In this document: one piece after another, positions 9,750 through 19,481 of the stretch
Numbering within the stretch: the stretch's first letter is position 1
Layout: each line of letters opens with the position of its first letter
Sequence record: DRR723986_3165
DNA length: 46,733 nucleotides
Reading direction: 5' to 3' (one strand)
Made by a program: the position numbers and the translations under genes
Notes under the pieces: model-generated
The model's input: only the letters and a program-made list of their open reading frames with translations
Database searches by the model: none
What the model was told of the DNA's origin: nothing

Positions 9750-11051
9750 CTATTCTCGCGACACAGTAAAGTGTTGGCCGCCGCGGACAACGACACACGA
9801 GCGGTCACCGATCAGCGTCTGGAGCTGCTGTTCGCTTTCGACGCTTCCCGCTCCCAAGCTTTCGATCTTGTCCGCATTCAGCCCGCTGGCCAAAAAGAGC
9901 TCATAATCTTTGAGCGTGGATAGAATGACCTGTGCGACCAGCGTATCGTCCGCCGTGTCTTGGCTCAGCTTCTTTTCAAGTTGCTCAGGCTCTGCCCCAA
10001 CAGTTGAAAGCCGGCGAAGGCTCTTTCCGAGCGGCGTTGTCACGGCGGAGCAAACAACGATCGTGCCGCGCATTTTGACCAGGGGTTGGACGGCAACAAT
10101 CGCTCGTGCCACACCAAGCCAAGTGTGCTGGGTAGCATCGCCACTCAGACTTACGACAGCAACGTCCGCCTCGGCGAAGCAGCGCTCGGAGTTATCACCT
10201 GGCGACGCATCCTCTTGTGAAGCACTGCATTGCCAGATTGATCGCATCGCCTCCTGCACCTGTGACTCAATTTCCCCGGGGGCCCCGCAGTACACGTTTG
10301 CAACTTGGCCCGACGCGGCTGGGACGACTTGCACCGTTGCCAATACTCCAAGCCACCAAGCTGCTTTGTCGCACACTTCGCGAAGCTTACCTCGCTGCGA
10401 GTCCGACTGAAGCTTGTTGAGTGTGAGCGTCCTTCCCAGGGTGGCCCGGTCACTGATAAGCGGATAAATGCTGTAGCACCCGAGCCCATCAAGCGATTCG
10501 TTGGATCTTGCACAGCAAACCGGAATAACCACGTCCGCTTCAACAAGGAGCCGGTTCATGTAGATCGGATCTGCAGAATCGGCCGCAGCCAAATAGGCAA
10601 GCTGCTCTTGGTTGTCAGCGTCATGCAATTCAACGGCCACATCCAAGCCAGCGGTGACGAAAGTCGCGGCAAGGCTTTCGCGAACACTCTCCGATGCATC
10701 AGAAAGCAGAACCGATAAATTTTCGGCCCGCAAGCCGCGCTCCGTAAGCCACTTGGCGACGATAACAACGCTATCGTTCAATTCTGGCAGCGTGCCATCA
10801 ACGGCAAGGACAACAGTATCGCCAGGCACAATTGCCTGATCGATAGGCGGAAACCCAACCGGCGCGCTAAGTGCTTGATGGAACATCGCTTGCAGGGCAT
10901 CCTTACGCGCTGCACTGTCTCCGCTCGTGGCTGCCGGGATGTTCTCGACGTCTCGAGTTGCCATCGAACTGTCGGGCACGACAGAAACAGACGTTAGATC
11001 GTTGAGCTGCCAACGCTTGTTGCCGAATGCGATTTCCAAACTGGTCGCCAT
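9750..11051 (-). CDS. Lactate racemase LarA N-terminal domain (DUF2088) homolog, apparently degenerate
   Basis: ALSAPVGFPPIDQAIVPGDTVVLAVD, HDAD...YL, YMNRLLVEADVVI, AIVAVQPLVKMRGTIVV. Confidence 0.75.
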   Translation of the reverse strand: MATSLEIAFGNKRWQLNDLTSVSVVPDSSMATRDVENIPAATSGDSAARKDALQAMFHQALSAPVGFPPIDQAIVPGDTVVLAVDGTLPELNDSVVIVAKWLTERGLRAENLSVLLSDASESVRESLAATFVTAGLDVAVELHDADNQEQLAYLAAADSADPIYMNRLLVEADVVIPVCCARSNESLDGLGCYSIYPLISDRATLGRTLTLNKLQSDSQRGKLREVCDKAAWWLGVLATVQVVPAASGQVANVYCGAPGEIESQVQEAMRSIWQCSASQEDASPGDNSERCFAEADVAVVSLSGDATQHTWLGVARAIVAVQPLVKMRGTIVVCSAVTTPLGKSLRRLSTVGAEPEQLEKKLSQDTADDTLVAQVILSTLKDYELFLASGLNADKIESLGAGSVESEQQLQTLIGDRSCVVVRGGQHFTVSRE

Positions 11052-11273
11052 TGTTGGCCTTGCTTGCGAAAAGGTTTAGGTACGTTTGGAAAAGGAATGA
11101 ACTGCGTGCTGCATGAGGCACACTAAGAGGCCGCGCAAGCAGCCAACTCGTAACTGGGGGCGATCTGTGTGCCGCTTTATTTTAATGGTCGCCTGCGATC
11201 CGCCTACCGCACTAAATTTGCATGCCAATCCACGCTGGTTGCCTATCGGCGGTTTATTGATAAGCTTCTGAAC

Positions 11274-12746
11274 ATGAAAACACCATACTCAGCAATTGAA
11301 ATCGGCCGACGCATTGCCTCTGGTGAAATGACTAGCGCAGAGGCGACTGAGGCTTCCCTTGAATCGATTCGGAAGACGGATGCCCAAATCGGGGCCTTCA
11401 CGCATGTTTGTGAAGAGTTTGCCATGGAGACCGCCTCTGAGGTGGATCGGCAGATTAAGGCCGGGAAACTGCGAGGACCTTTGGCTGGCGTTCCCGTTGC
11501 GATCAAAGATGTGCTGTGCACCAAGTTCGCGCCGACAACTTGTGGATCCCGAATGCTGGCCGAGCACCAGTCGCCCTACAATGCGACAGCCGTCGAGAAG
11601 ATGTTGGCTGCCGGAATGGTTCCGCTCGGCAAGACGAACATGGACGAGTTTGCCATGGGCGGTAGCACGGAAACCAGTCATCACGGGCTGACTCGCAATC
11701 CTTGGAATACCGAAAAGACGGCCGGCGGAAGCAGCGGTGGCGCAGCGGCGGCCATCGCTGCCGGACAGGCTCCACTTTCGATCGGCTCGGACACGGGTGG
11801 TTCGGTTCGTCAGCCAGCGGCCTTTTGTGGCGTTCTTGGACTCAAGCCGACGTATGGACGCATCAGTCGTTATGGCTTGGTCGCTTTCGCCAGTAGCCTT
11901 GATCAAGTTGGTCCACTGGGGACAACCGCGGCTGACCTTGCTGCAACGATGGAAGTGCTTGCTGGCCACGACCCACGCGACAGTACGTCCCTCTCGGAGG
12001 CAGTGCCTAGCTACACTGGCGAACTTGACTCTGGGGTTGGCGGACTGAAAGTAGGTATCATCGCTGACCACGCTGGACACAACGAACTGAATCCGGAGAT
12101 TCGCAAGGCGGTTGATTCTGCCAAGTCGGCTCTACAGGAATGTGGGGCTGAGATCGTTGAAGTCCACTTGCCTCACACGCAGTATTCCGTTCCAGCTTAC
12201 TATGTCATTGCACCGAGCGAAGCGAGCGGAAACCTGTCTCGTTACGATGGCGTGCACTATGGCTATCGAACAGAGGGGGAACACCGAGGTGGTCCGCTGG
12301 ATGAAATGATTTCGGCCAGCCGCAGTGAAGGCTTCGGGGACGAAGTGCAACGCAGAATCATGCTTGGGACCTTCGCGCTCAGCTCCGGCTACTATGACGC
12401 GTACTACAAAAAAGCTCTTCAGGTTCGCCGGCTAATCGCTGGCGATTACCTCAAGGCATTCGAACAAGTCGACTTGCTACTTGGCCCAGTCACTCCGTCA
12501 ACCGCATTCGGTCTGGGCGAGAAAATTGACGACCCAGTGCAAATGTACCTGGAAGATCTATTCACCGTGGGTGCAAACCTAGCTGGCGTTCCGGGCATTT
12601 CCCTTCCAACCGGTCTGAGCAGCGATGGCCTGCCGCTTTCGGTGCAACTACAAGCTCCCTTACTCGGCGAGTCGACTCTCCTGCGCGCGGCTCACGCGTT
12701 GGAGCAACAGGGGCTCGTTCAGTGCGAACTCGCGCCTTCGGCATAA
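11274..12746 (+). CDS. gatA: Asp-tRNA(Asn)/Glu-tRNA(Gln) amidotransferase subunit A
   Basis: Amidase signature GKTNMDEFAMG, GGSSGG, GSDTGGSVRQPA, EVQRRIMLGTFALSSGYYDAYY; start moved to ATG 11274. Confidence 0.97.
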   Translation: MKTPYSAIEIGRRIASGEMTSAEATEASLESIRKTDAQIGAFTHVCEEFAMETASEVDRQIKAGKLRGPLAGVPVAIKDVLCTKFAPTTCGSRMLAEHQSPYNATAVEKMLAAGMVPLGKTNMDEFAMGGSTETSHHGLTRNPWNTEKTAGGSSGGAAAAIAAGQAPLSIGSDTGGSVRQPAAFCGVLGLKPTYGRISRYGLVAFASSLDQVGPLGTTAADLAATMEVLAGHDPRDSTSLSEAVPSYTGELDSGVGGLKVGIIADHAGHNELNPEIRKAVDSAKSALQECGAEIVEVHLPHTQYSVPAYYVIAPSEASGNLSRYDGVHYGYRTEGEHRGGPLDEMISASRSEGFGDEVQRRIMLGTFALSSGYYDAYYKKALQVRRLIAGDYLKAFEQVDLLLGPVTPSTAFGLGEKIDDPVQMYLEDLFTVGANLAGVPGISLPTGLSSDGLPLSVQLQAPLLGESTLLRAAHALEQQGLVQCELAPSA

Positions 12747-12868
12747 CAAATCACTGGGCCTGCACGGCAGGTCGTACAAAACTAGCGTGAGTGGCTACTG
12801 CGTATGGCGCTCGCCCTAAACAACACTACCCGAACCCTCAAACACCTTCGGAATCGGCAAAGCCAATT

Positions 12869-14347
12869 ATGTCCGACCCATCCTATAAAGTCATTGTTGG
12901 CCTCGAAGTACACGTCCAACTGAGCACACAGACAAAACTGTTTTGTTCGTGCAGCACGCAATTCGGAGCCGAACCAAATACTCAGGTCTGCCCAGTGTGC
13001 CTTGGACATCCTGGCGCCCTGCCTGTGATGAACGAGAAAGCCGTTGAACTAGCCATTCAAACAGGCGTGGCACTCAATTGCGAAATGGCTAGGTTTACGA
13101 AGTGGGATCGCAAGAACTACTTCTATCCGGACTTGCCCAAGGGATATCAAATCAGCCAGTTTGATCAACCGATCTGCGGTCCCGGCTATCTGGATTTCCC
13201 CGATCCAGACGCTCCAAGTGAAACGATGCGTGTGCGACTCATTCGCGCGCACCTGGAAGAAGACGCCGGCAAGAGCATGCACGATGAGGCTGCTGGAAAG
13301 GCGGACAGTCGTATTGATCTAAACCGAACCGGGACGCCATTGCTTGAGATCGTTTCGGAACCGGATATCAGATCACCACAAGCGGCGAAAGCTTACCTGA
13401 CCGAACTGCGATTGCTGCTAACATACCTTGGTGTTTCCGACTGCAACATGCAAGAAGGCAGCCTGCGATGTGACGCGAACATCAACTTGCATATTGAATC
13501 CGACGCCAAGACGATTGCAACGCCCATCGTCGAAGTCAAGAACTTGAATAGTTTTCGTGCCGTTGAGCGGGCTCTAGCGTACGAAACGACTCGTCAATTG
13601 ACAGCATGGAAGAAGAGCGGGCAAACCATTGACGATGCCCCCAAGCAGACTCGTGGTTGGGATGACGCTGCCGGTGTGAGCGTCGCTCAGCGGGAGAAGG
13701 AAGAGTCGAGCGACTATCGCTACTTTCCCGATCCGGATCTGGTACCGCTGGTCATCAGTGAAGAACAATTGGAAGACGCGAAGAGCAACCTAGGGGAACT
13801 ACCCGCTGATGTGCGCCGTCGGCTCGAAGAGGACTTGGGGCTAAAGCCGTACGACGCCGATGTCATCGCCTCCCAGGGGCGCGCATTGGTGGGCTACTTT
13901 GATGCCGTGATTGCTGCAGGCGCCGCCGCGAAACGGACCAGTTCTTGGATGCAACAAGATGTCTTGCGAACGCTCAAGGAAAACGACTGGACCATTGACG
14001 CTTTCCCACTGTCAGCGACCGCACTGGCAGAGCTACTGAAAGCGATCGAAGGCGGTGACCTGGATAACTCACGAGCGAAAGAGGTTTTCCAGTTGATGCT
14101 CGACAAGCCGGCGACAACCGTCGAAGCGGCCATGAAAGAGCTTGGTATCGAGGCCGTCGATGCTGGCGAAATCGAGACCTTATGCAACGAATTGCTTGAC
14201 GAGAACCCAAAGGTTGTGTCGCAGGTCTTGGACGGCAACGCCAAAGCGGTCGGCGCGCTGATTGGTGCCGCCAAAAAGAAAAATCCAAACGCCGATCCGC
14301 GCCTGGTGCGTGAAACTTGCTTGAAGCTGATTGAATCACGCCGCTAA
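12869..14347 (+). CDS. gatB: Asp-tRNA(Asn)/Glu-tRNA(Gln) amidotransferase subunit B
   Basis: GLEVHVQL, DRKNYFYPDLPKGYQISQ, HLEEDAGK, EGSLRCDAN, DYRYFPDPDL; start moved to ATG 12869. Confidence 0.97.
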   Translation: MSDPSYKVIVGLEVHVQLSTQTKLFCSCSTQFGAEPNTQVCPVCLGHPGALPVMNEKAVELAIQTGVALNCEMARFTKWDRKNYFYPDLPKGYQISQFDQPICGPGYLDFPDPDAPSETMRVRLIRAHLEEDAGKSMHDEAAGKADSRIDLNRTGTPLLEIVSEPDIRSPQAAKAYLTELRLLLTYLGVSDCNMQEGSLRCDANINLHIESDAKTIATPIVEVKNLNSFRAVERALAYETTRQLTAWKKSGQTIDDAPKQTRGWDDAAGVSVAQREKEESSDYRYFPDPDLVPLVISEEQLEDAKSNLGELPADVRRRLEEDLGLKPYDADVIASQGRALVGYFDAVIAAGAAAKRTSSWMQQDVLRTLKENDWTIDAFPLSATALAELLKAIEGGDLDNSRAKEVFQLMLDKPATTVEAAMKELGIEAVDAGEIETLCNELLDENPKVVSQVLDGNAKAVGALIGAAKKKNPNADPRLVRETCLKLIESRR

Positions 14348-14362
14348 GGCTGAAGTGCCAAC

Positions 14363-15214
14363 ATGCCGCTCTTCGCACTGCTAACCGACTTTGGCACCGT
14401 GGATCCCTACGTCGCACAGATGAAAGGGGTGCTACTGCGGGACTGCCCCGGTGCGAACATCTGTGATGTTTCACATCACATTCAGCCGCAGGACGTCGCC
14501 TCCGCCGCATGGGTTCTATCCAAAACCATGCCCCACTTCCCCGAGAAGACGATTTTCGTTGGTGTTGTCGATCCAGGCGTTGGGACCGACCGCCCAATCA
14601 TCGCCGCTGAGATTGGTCGATGGCTGTTCGTTGGCCCCGATAACGGTTTAGCATCTTTGGCAATTCAAAAGTTTGACGCTCCACGAATCGTAGCCATCAA
14701 CCTGCAGCTTTGTGCGATTAACGATGCGAGCAACACATTCCACGGTCGCGACATCATGGCACCCATTGCGGCCAGACTGGGCTCGGGAACTGCCATCGAT
14801 TCCCTCGGACAACGGCTAGCGTCGATTCAACCTCTGCATCGATTCACAGTCGAAAATCCTCCAGACGCCAAGGTTTCAGCAGACCGTCGTAGCCTGCGAA
14901 CTGCGGTGCAGTACATTGATCGATTCGGCAATGTTGTACTTGCGAGTGACTCTTGCGCAGTCGAACCATGGACCTGGCTAACGGAAGCCGAGGAACTGCA
15001 GGTGGTTGTTGATCCTGACCAGCTAGAAACTCCTGGCCGACGACCCCACGTCGCGCGGAGAGTAACCACCTACGGCAATGCCAAGGAAGGAACGCTGGTT
15101 CTGCTTGAGGGCAGCCAAGGGCAATTCGAACTCGCGGTAACGGGTGGTTCCGCCGCTCAACTGCTGTCCGCAAAAGTTGGCGATGCCGTCGAGCTACTGC
15201 GCAGCAACACTTAA
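14363..15214 (+). CDS. SAM hydroxide adenosyltransferase (DUF62, SAM hydrolase/halogenase family)
   Basis: LLTDFG, VVDPGVGTDR, GPDNG, SNTFHGRDI, YIDRFGN. Confidence 0.92.
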   Translation: MPLFALLTDFGTVDPYVAQMKGVLLRDCPGANICDVSHHIQPQDVASAAWVLSKTMPHFPEKTIFVGVVDPGVGTDRPIIAAEIGRWLFVGPDNGLASLAIQKFDAPRIVAINLQLCAINDASNTFHGRDIMAPIAARLGSGTAIDSLGQRLASIQPLHRFTVENPPDAKVSADRRSLRTAVQYIDRFGNVVLASDSCAVEPWTWLTEAEELQVVVDPDQLETPGRRPHVARRVTTYGNAKEGTLVLLEGSQGQFELAVTGGSAAQLLSAKVGDAVELLRSNT

Positions 15215-15251
15215 ATTCGCAGGCACTTGCGTCGGGGATACAGCACGACAG

Positions 15252-16325
15252 CTATGGAGCCGAATCAGCTTTTTCACGATTCCTGCGAAGCTGACCACAG
15301 GCTGCATCGATACCGTCCCCCTTGCGTTGACGGAACATGACGTTGATGCCGCCTTCTAAGAGCGTCGTGCGAAAATCGTGTATCGCATCAGCCGACGGGG
15401 TTGCAAACGGCAGGCCTTCCACTGGATTGTAAGGAATGACATTCAACATGCTCACGCGGCCACGCAACAACTGCACCAACTGTTTCGCACATTCGGTCGA
15501 ATCATTAATTCCTTGCAGAAGAACGTACTCGAACGTTAGCCGACGTCCCGTTGCATCGAAGTAGCGATCCGCGGCGGCAAGGATGTCATCGATTCCGATC
15601 TTCTTGTTCACTGGCACCAAGTCATCACGCAATTCATTGTTCGGGGCATGAAGACTGATCGCAAGATGAAATGGCGTCGAGTGCTTAGCCAGGCGATCAA
15701 TTGAAGCTGGAAGCCCAACAGTGCTGATCGTGATCCGGCGCGGACTAATGCCCAGCCCCTTTGGATCTCGGGCCACTTCCAACGCAGCGAGGACGCTGTC
15801 CAAATTGGCAAGCGGCTCGCCCATGCCCATCATCACAATGTGGCTCAAGCGTTCTGCAGTGGGCAACAATCGTTGGAGCCGCAGCATCTGCTCAAGGATC
15901 TCGCCTCGGGACAAATTGCGGTCAACGCCATCCAGGCCGCTTGCGCAAAAGACGCAGCCCATCGCACAGCCGACTTGACTACTTACACAAATCGAACGTC
16001 GGTCTTCCTCACGCAGCAATACGCATTCGACCCTGCCACCGTCGGACAAATTGAACAGCAACTTTTCGGTGCCATCGTCCGACGTTTGGTGAGCGGCAAT
16101 GGCTGACGACCAAATTCGGAACGAAGCAGCCAAAGTCTCTCGCAGGGCCTTCGGAAGATCGCTCATGTCTTCGAACGATTCCGCTCGCCGCTCAAGCAAC
16201 CAGCCCTGGATCTGTAGCGCTCGGTACTTGGGCTGCCCGTTCGCGCCTAGCCATTTTTGCAGCTCTGGCAGAGTTAGGTCCAGGATGTGCGGCCGTGCGT
16301 CGTCTTTTTGAGGAGGAGTTTTCAT
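15252..16325 (-). CDS. rlmN: Dual-specificity RNA methyltransferase RlmN (radical SAM)
   Basis: CVSSQVGCAMGCVFC, MGMGEP, ISLHAP, FEYVLL, AACGQL; start at ATG 16325. Confidence 0.96.
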   Translation of the reverse strand: MKTPPQKDDARPHILDLTLPELQKWLGANGQPKYRALQIQGWLLERRAESFEDMSDLPKALRETLAASFRIWSSAIAAHQTSDDGTEKLLFNLSDGGRVECVLLREEDRRSICVSSQVGCAMGCVFCASGLDGVDRNLSRGEILEQMLRLQRLLPTAERLSHIVMMGMGEPLANLDSVLAALEVARDPKGLGISPRRITISTVGLPASIDRLAKHSTPFHLAISLHAPNNELRDDLVPVNKKIGIDDILAAADRYFDATGRRLTFEYVLLQGINDSTECAKQLVQLLRGRVSMLNVIPYNPVEGLPFATPSADAIHDFRTTLLEGGINVMFRQRKGDGIDAACGQLRRNREKADSAP

Positions 16326-16528
16326 TCCTCTAGTTTGGTCGCTTCTTCCCGATTCTGGAAGTGCGGACACCCACGGACCGGCTGCCGCGGATACTTCGGC
16401 CAACCCGGCACCTTGGAACCCAGTTGGCAAAGCATGAACGTTGAGCCCGTGCCGCTAACAATAACTCGCCCATTTTGGCAACTACTGCACTGGCTGAGAT
16501 TCAAGAGCGTTGGTAGCTGCTGAGACAT
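16322..16528 (-). CDS. Small four-Cys hypothetical protein
   Basis: CSSC-x16-C-x19-C with PKYPRQPV; stop overlaps the rlmN start (ATGA). Confidence 0.65.
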   Translation of the reverse strand: MSQQLPTLLNLSQCSSCQNGRVIVSGTGSTFMLCQLGSKVPGWPKYPRQPVRGCPHFQNREEATKLEE

Positions 16529-16674
16529 AAATCCGTAGTCAGATCGCGAAGAATCATCCTGGCGAGCGTCCGCCACGCGGCGCTGCTCTTCATTTGCCTA
16601 CGGTAGCGGAGCGTCAATGCCTTCGGAAGAGCGACAGCGCAAGCACGCCCCAGAGCGACCTCAACCGTGTTTAT

Positions 16675-18282
16675 CTATTTCGCGATCCGCTGGAGAACCG
16701 CCAGTTTTCTCAAGGTTCCTTTCGCGGTAAAAAAATCCTCGGTGAGTTCAAACGGGCTAATTTGGTACTGCTGAGGAATCGCGTACCCCGGAAAACCACT
16801 TTCCGAAGCATCTTCGCTGGCCGAGGTTCTCAGCCCTTCTACGATTGCATCCCAATCCTGCCGCGAAAACTCACCTCGCGGCCATAGATAAGCAGTCAGG
16901 GTGCTGACGCGAGGCTTGTCGACTCCCTCGACTTGAAGCCCGATGACACAATGAACCACATTGGCAGATTGCTCGATAAAGTTTTCAATCTCCTGCGGGT
17001 CCACGTTCAACCCATTGCTAAGCGTCAGTCGGCGGTTCTTGCGCCCCACAATTCGTACTCGGCCATTGGGGGCGATCGTCGCCAAGTCGCCCGTCGGTAA
17101 CCAACCATCGCTCATCGTAGCGGGCCCATCATCACCAATGCGACCACTCAACAAGCTCGGGCTCCGAACGATAAGCTCGCCGCCAGTGGTCAACCTGATC
17201 TCGACACCTTGGACTGGAAAGCCAACATCACCCTGCCGCTGACTCCCATCGCGTCCGGAACAGACAACCGGCCCAGCTTCAGACATGCCGTACCCTTGAA
17301 TCGGTGGAAGTCCATGATCGGCCAAACGCTGCCAAAGTTCTTCACTCAGCGCTGCACCGCCAACCTGCAGAAGCCGCATGCGATTTCCGAGCGCGGTCGG
17401 CTGCTCATCCAGCAGGGCAGCGACCCGATCGGCTAGCAGCGGCACTAAGTTGACGAGCGTTGGATTCAGTTGTTTGCAAAAGACTGAAAACTGCTTCCAA
17501 GCTGGGCAAAGCGCTAGCCCACCACCGGTGATGACCCACGTGGCAAGCTCACACGTTCGAGCGTAAGCATGTGAGAAGGGCAAGACATTGATGCGGACAT
17601 CGGTAGAATGCTGAGGCGCGGCATCAAGCTTGGCTCGGGCATTCTGCTCAACTGCGACGTGGCTCAGAATCACGCCAGCCGGACTACCCGTTGAGCCTGA
17701 GGTAAAGAGAATACTTCCATCCTGCTTTGGGTCCATCGCGAGGGCGCGCTGCTGCAGATCTTCAGTCGAAAAAGGAAGCCGCCCCGGTAACGCCTTCACC
17801 GCCTGGGCGTCCGTAATCAGCCGAGATGCTCCAGCCCGGCGCGACATCTCACTCCCACGCGCAGAGGTTTCACGAGCATCGATTGCAGCATGAACTACGC
17901 CCAGGCTTTGACACGCTAGTTCGATAGCGACCCACGTTTCCGAGTTCGCCAACTGCGTCGCGATCACCGGCGGGTCCGTCTGTTTTCCGCGAGCCGCAGA
18001 GAGCTTTTCGCGGACACTTGAGCAGTCTTCTACGATCCAGTTCGCAACCTGCGTCACCCGCTGCGCAAGTTGTCCCCAGGTTAACCAGCACAGCCCTGGT
18101 CCACGAGCACTATCGTCGAAAGAATCAGCGTCGAAAGAAGCAGCGGCTGCAGAGTCATCGACTACACAGAGTGCTCGAGACTCAGGACGTTCTGATACTT
18201 GGCGCCAAAAATGCCTGGCCAATGAACTACCTGCGAATGAACAGCCCGCAGACGAATGACCAGAAGTCTCGTAGAGCGACAT
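16675..18282 (-). CDS. AMP-binding (acyl-CoA synthetase-like) enzyme
   Basis: LFTSGSTG, LPFSHAY, QGYGMSEA, GWLPTGDL, IVGRK; start is ATG 18282 or GTG 18318. Confidence 0.88.
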   Translation of the reverse strand: MSLYETSGHSSAGCSFAGSSLARHFWRQVSERPESRALCVVDDSAAAASFDADSFDDSARGPGLCWLTWGQLAQRVTQVANWIVEDCSSVREKLSAARGKQTDPPVIATQLANSETWVAIELACQSLGVVHAAIDARETSARGSEMSRRAGASRLITDAQAVKALPGRLPFSTEDLQQRALAMDPKQDGSILFTSGSTGSPAGVILSHVAVEQNARAKLDAAPQHSTDVRINVLPFSHAYARTCELATWVITGGGLALCPAWKQFSVFCKQLNPTLVNLVPLLADRVAALLDEQPTALGNRMRLLQVGGAALSEELWQRLADHGLPPIQGYGMSEAGPVVCSGRDGSQRQGDVGFPVQGVEIRLTTGGELIVRSPSLLSGRIGDDGPATMSDGWLPTGDLATIAPNGRVRIVGRKNRRLTLSNGLNVDPQEIENFIEQSANVVHCVIGLQVEGVDKPRVSTLTAYLWPRGEFSRQDWDAIVEGLRTSASEDASESGFPGYAIPQQYQISPFELTEDFFTAKGTLRKLAVLQRIAK

Positions 18283-18311
18283 GCTGTTCTCTGGCTCCAG
18301 AGATCCGCGGA

Positions 18312-19481
18312 CTACCACGCTTCAGCCGATGTACTACCTTGCCGAACAATGCGTTCGTGCTGGCTGTCACAGAAACGATCCGTCATGCCGCCAATGTACT
18401 GACCCGCAGCAGTCTGCGGGCTCAAATTGTCAGCGATCCCGCGAAAACGCTCTGGCAAAATCTCGGGCCGAGAGACCAGCCGCTGGAAAAGAGACTGGAC
18501 ACGATCAGAAGCGGCCTTGCGGACTTTCATCAGCGTTTCGTGGCGATAAACGTGGTCAAACAAGAACTGTGACAGTTGCTCACGCTGCGATGCGACAACC
18601 GGTGACATGCTCAGTTCGACGCCAAGCTCACTGACGGCCCGCCAGTCGAGCCCCTCCAGCGTGGCAAGCTTTGACTTCGCCGCTTCGAGCAGGTCCACAA
18701 TTTGAACATCGATCAAGCTATGCACCAGAGACTGGCGCAGTCCGCCAGCAGTGCGCGAATGCCCTCGCGACTCACCATACTCCAGAGCAATCTGGATGAG
18801 CTCCAGGGATTCTAGCTGTTCAATGTGGAGCAGGTCGAGCGCGAGTGCGTCGTCAACATCATGAGCGTTGTAAGCGATGCTATCAGCCAGATCAACAACC
18901 TGCACCTCCAGCAGCGGAGTGCAACCTTCGTGAGTGATGCGGAACTGCTGACCAGACAAGACTTCCTTGGTCAAGTTCAGCCCAGGGTAAGTTGTGTAGC
19001 GAGTCTCCAAGCGCTCAACCAACTCTAGGGCGAACGAATTGTGCGAAAACCCACCATGCTCTTGCAGGCACTCATCAAGTGCATCTTCGCCACTATGGCC
19101 ATACGGTGGGTGGCCGATATCATGCAACAACGCAAGAGCTTCGACCAAGTCCTCGTTGAGCTGCAGAACGCGGGCGATCGTTCGCGCGATATTCGCGACT
19201 TCGTGTGTGTGCGTCAGGCGGGTGCGATGGTAGTCACCCATCTCGCCAGTGAAGACCTGCATCTTGCCGCTCAAGCGCCGAAACGCGGAACTATGCAAAA
19301 TTCTGTCGCGATCCCGCTGGAATGGACTCCGGTACGCATGCTGGGGCTCGTCATAACGCCGCCCCGCAGACTGGCTGGAACGCATCGCATACGAAGCCAA
19401 CAAAGCCGACTCGCGTTTCTGCCAAGGTGCGATGCCACCGACGGGGCGTTCTTGCTGTTGAGCGGTCGAGCTTGTCGTCAT
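18312..19481 (-). CDS. dgt: Deoxyguanosinetriphosphate triphosphohydrolase-like HD protein
   Basis: RSPFQRDRDRILHSSAFRRL, RTRLTHT, HDIGHPPYGHSGE, ADSIAY..HDVDD, YIGGMTDRF; start uncertain (19481 or 19520). Confidence 0.93.
   Translation of the reverse strand: MTTSSTAQQQERPVGGIAPWQKRESALLASYAMRSSQSAGRRYDEPQHAYRSPFQRDRDRILHSSAFRRLSGKMQVFTGEMGDYHRTRLTHTHEVANIARTIARVLQLNEDLVEALALLHDIGHPPYGHSGEDALDECLQEHGGFSHNSFALELVERLETRYTTYPGLNLTKEVLSGQQFRITHEGCTPLLEVQVVDLADSIAYNAHDVDDALALDLLHIEQLESLELIQIALEYGESRGHSRTAGGLRQSLVHSLIDVQIVDLLEAAKSKLATLEGLDWRAVSELGVELSMSPVVASQREQLSQFLFDHVYRHETLMKVRKAASDRVQSLFQRLVSRPEILPERFRGIADNLSPQTAAGQYIGGMTDRFCDSQHERIVRQGSTSAEAW

Noticed and set aside
11169-11273. N-terminal extensions from the ORF track (gatA, gatB, rlmN, pgi, DUF58, pilin)
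   Set aside because: Family similarity begins at downstream ATGs; the extensions look like spurious upstream open frame
14363-15214. SAM-dependent fluorinase/chlorinase
   Set aside because: It retains the Asp/Arg/His set (VVDPGVGTDR, TFHGRD) typical of DUF62 SAM hydrolases, and no biosynthetic cluster is nearby
18312-19481. Anti-phage dGTPase defence system
   Set aside because: Looks like the ordinary housekeeping short Dgt in a core-gene context, with no defence-island neighbours
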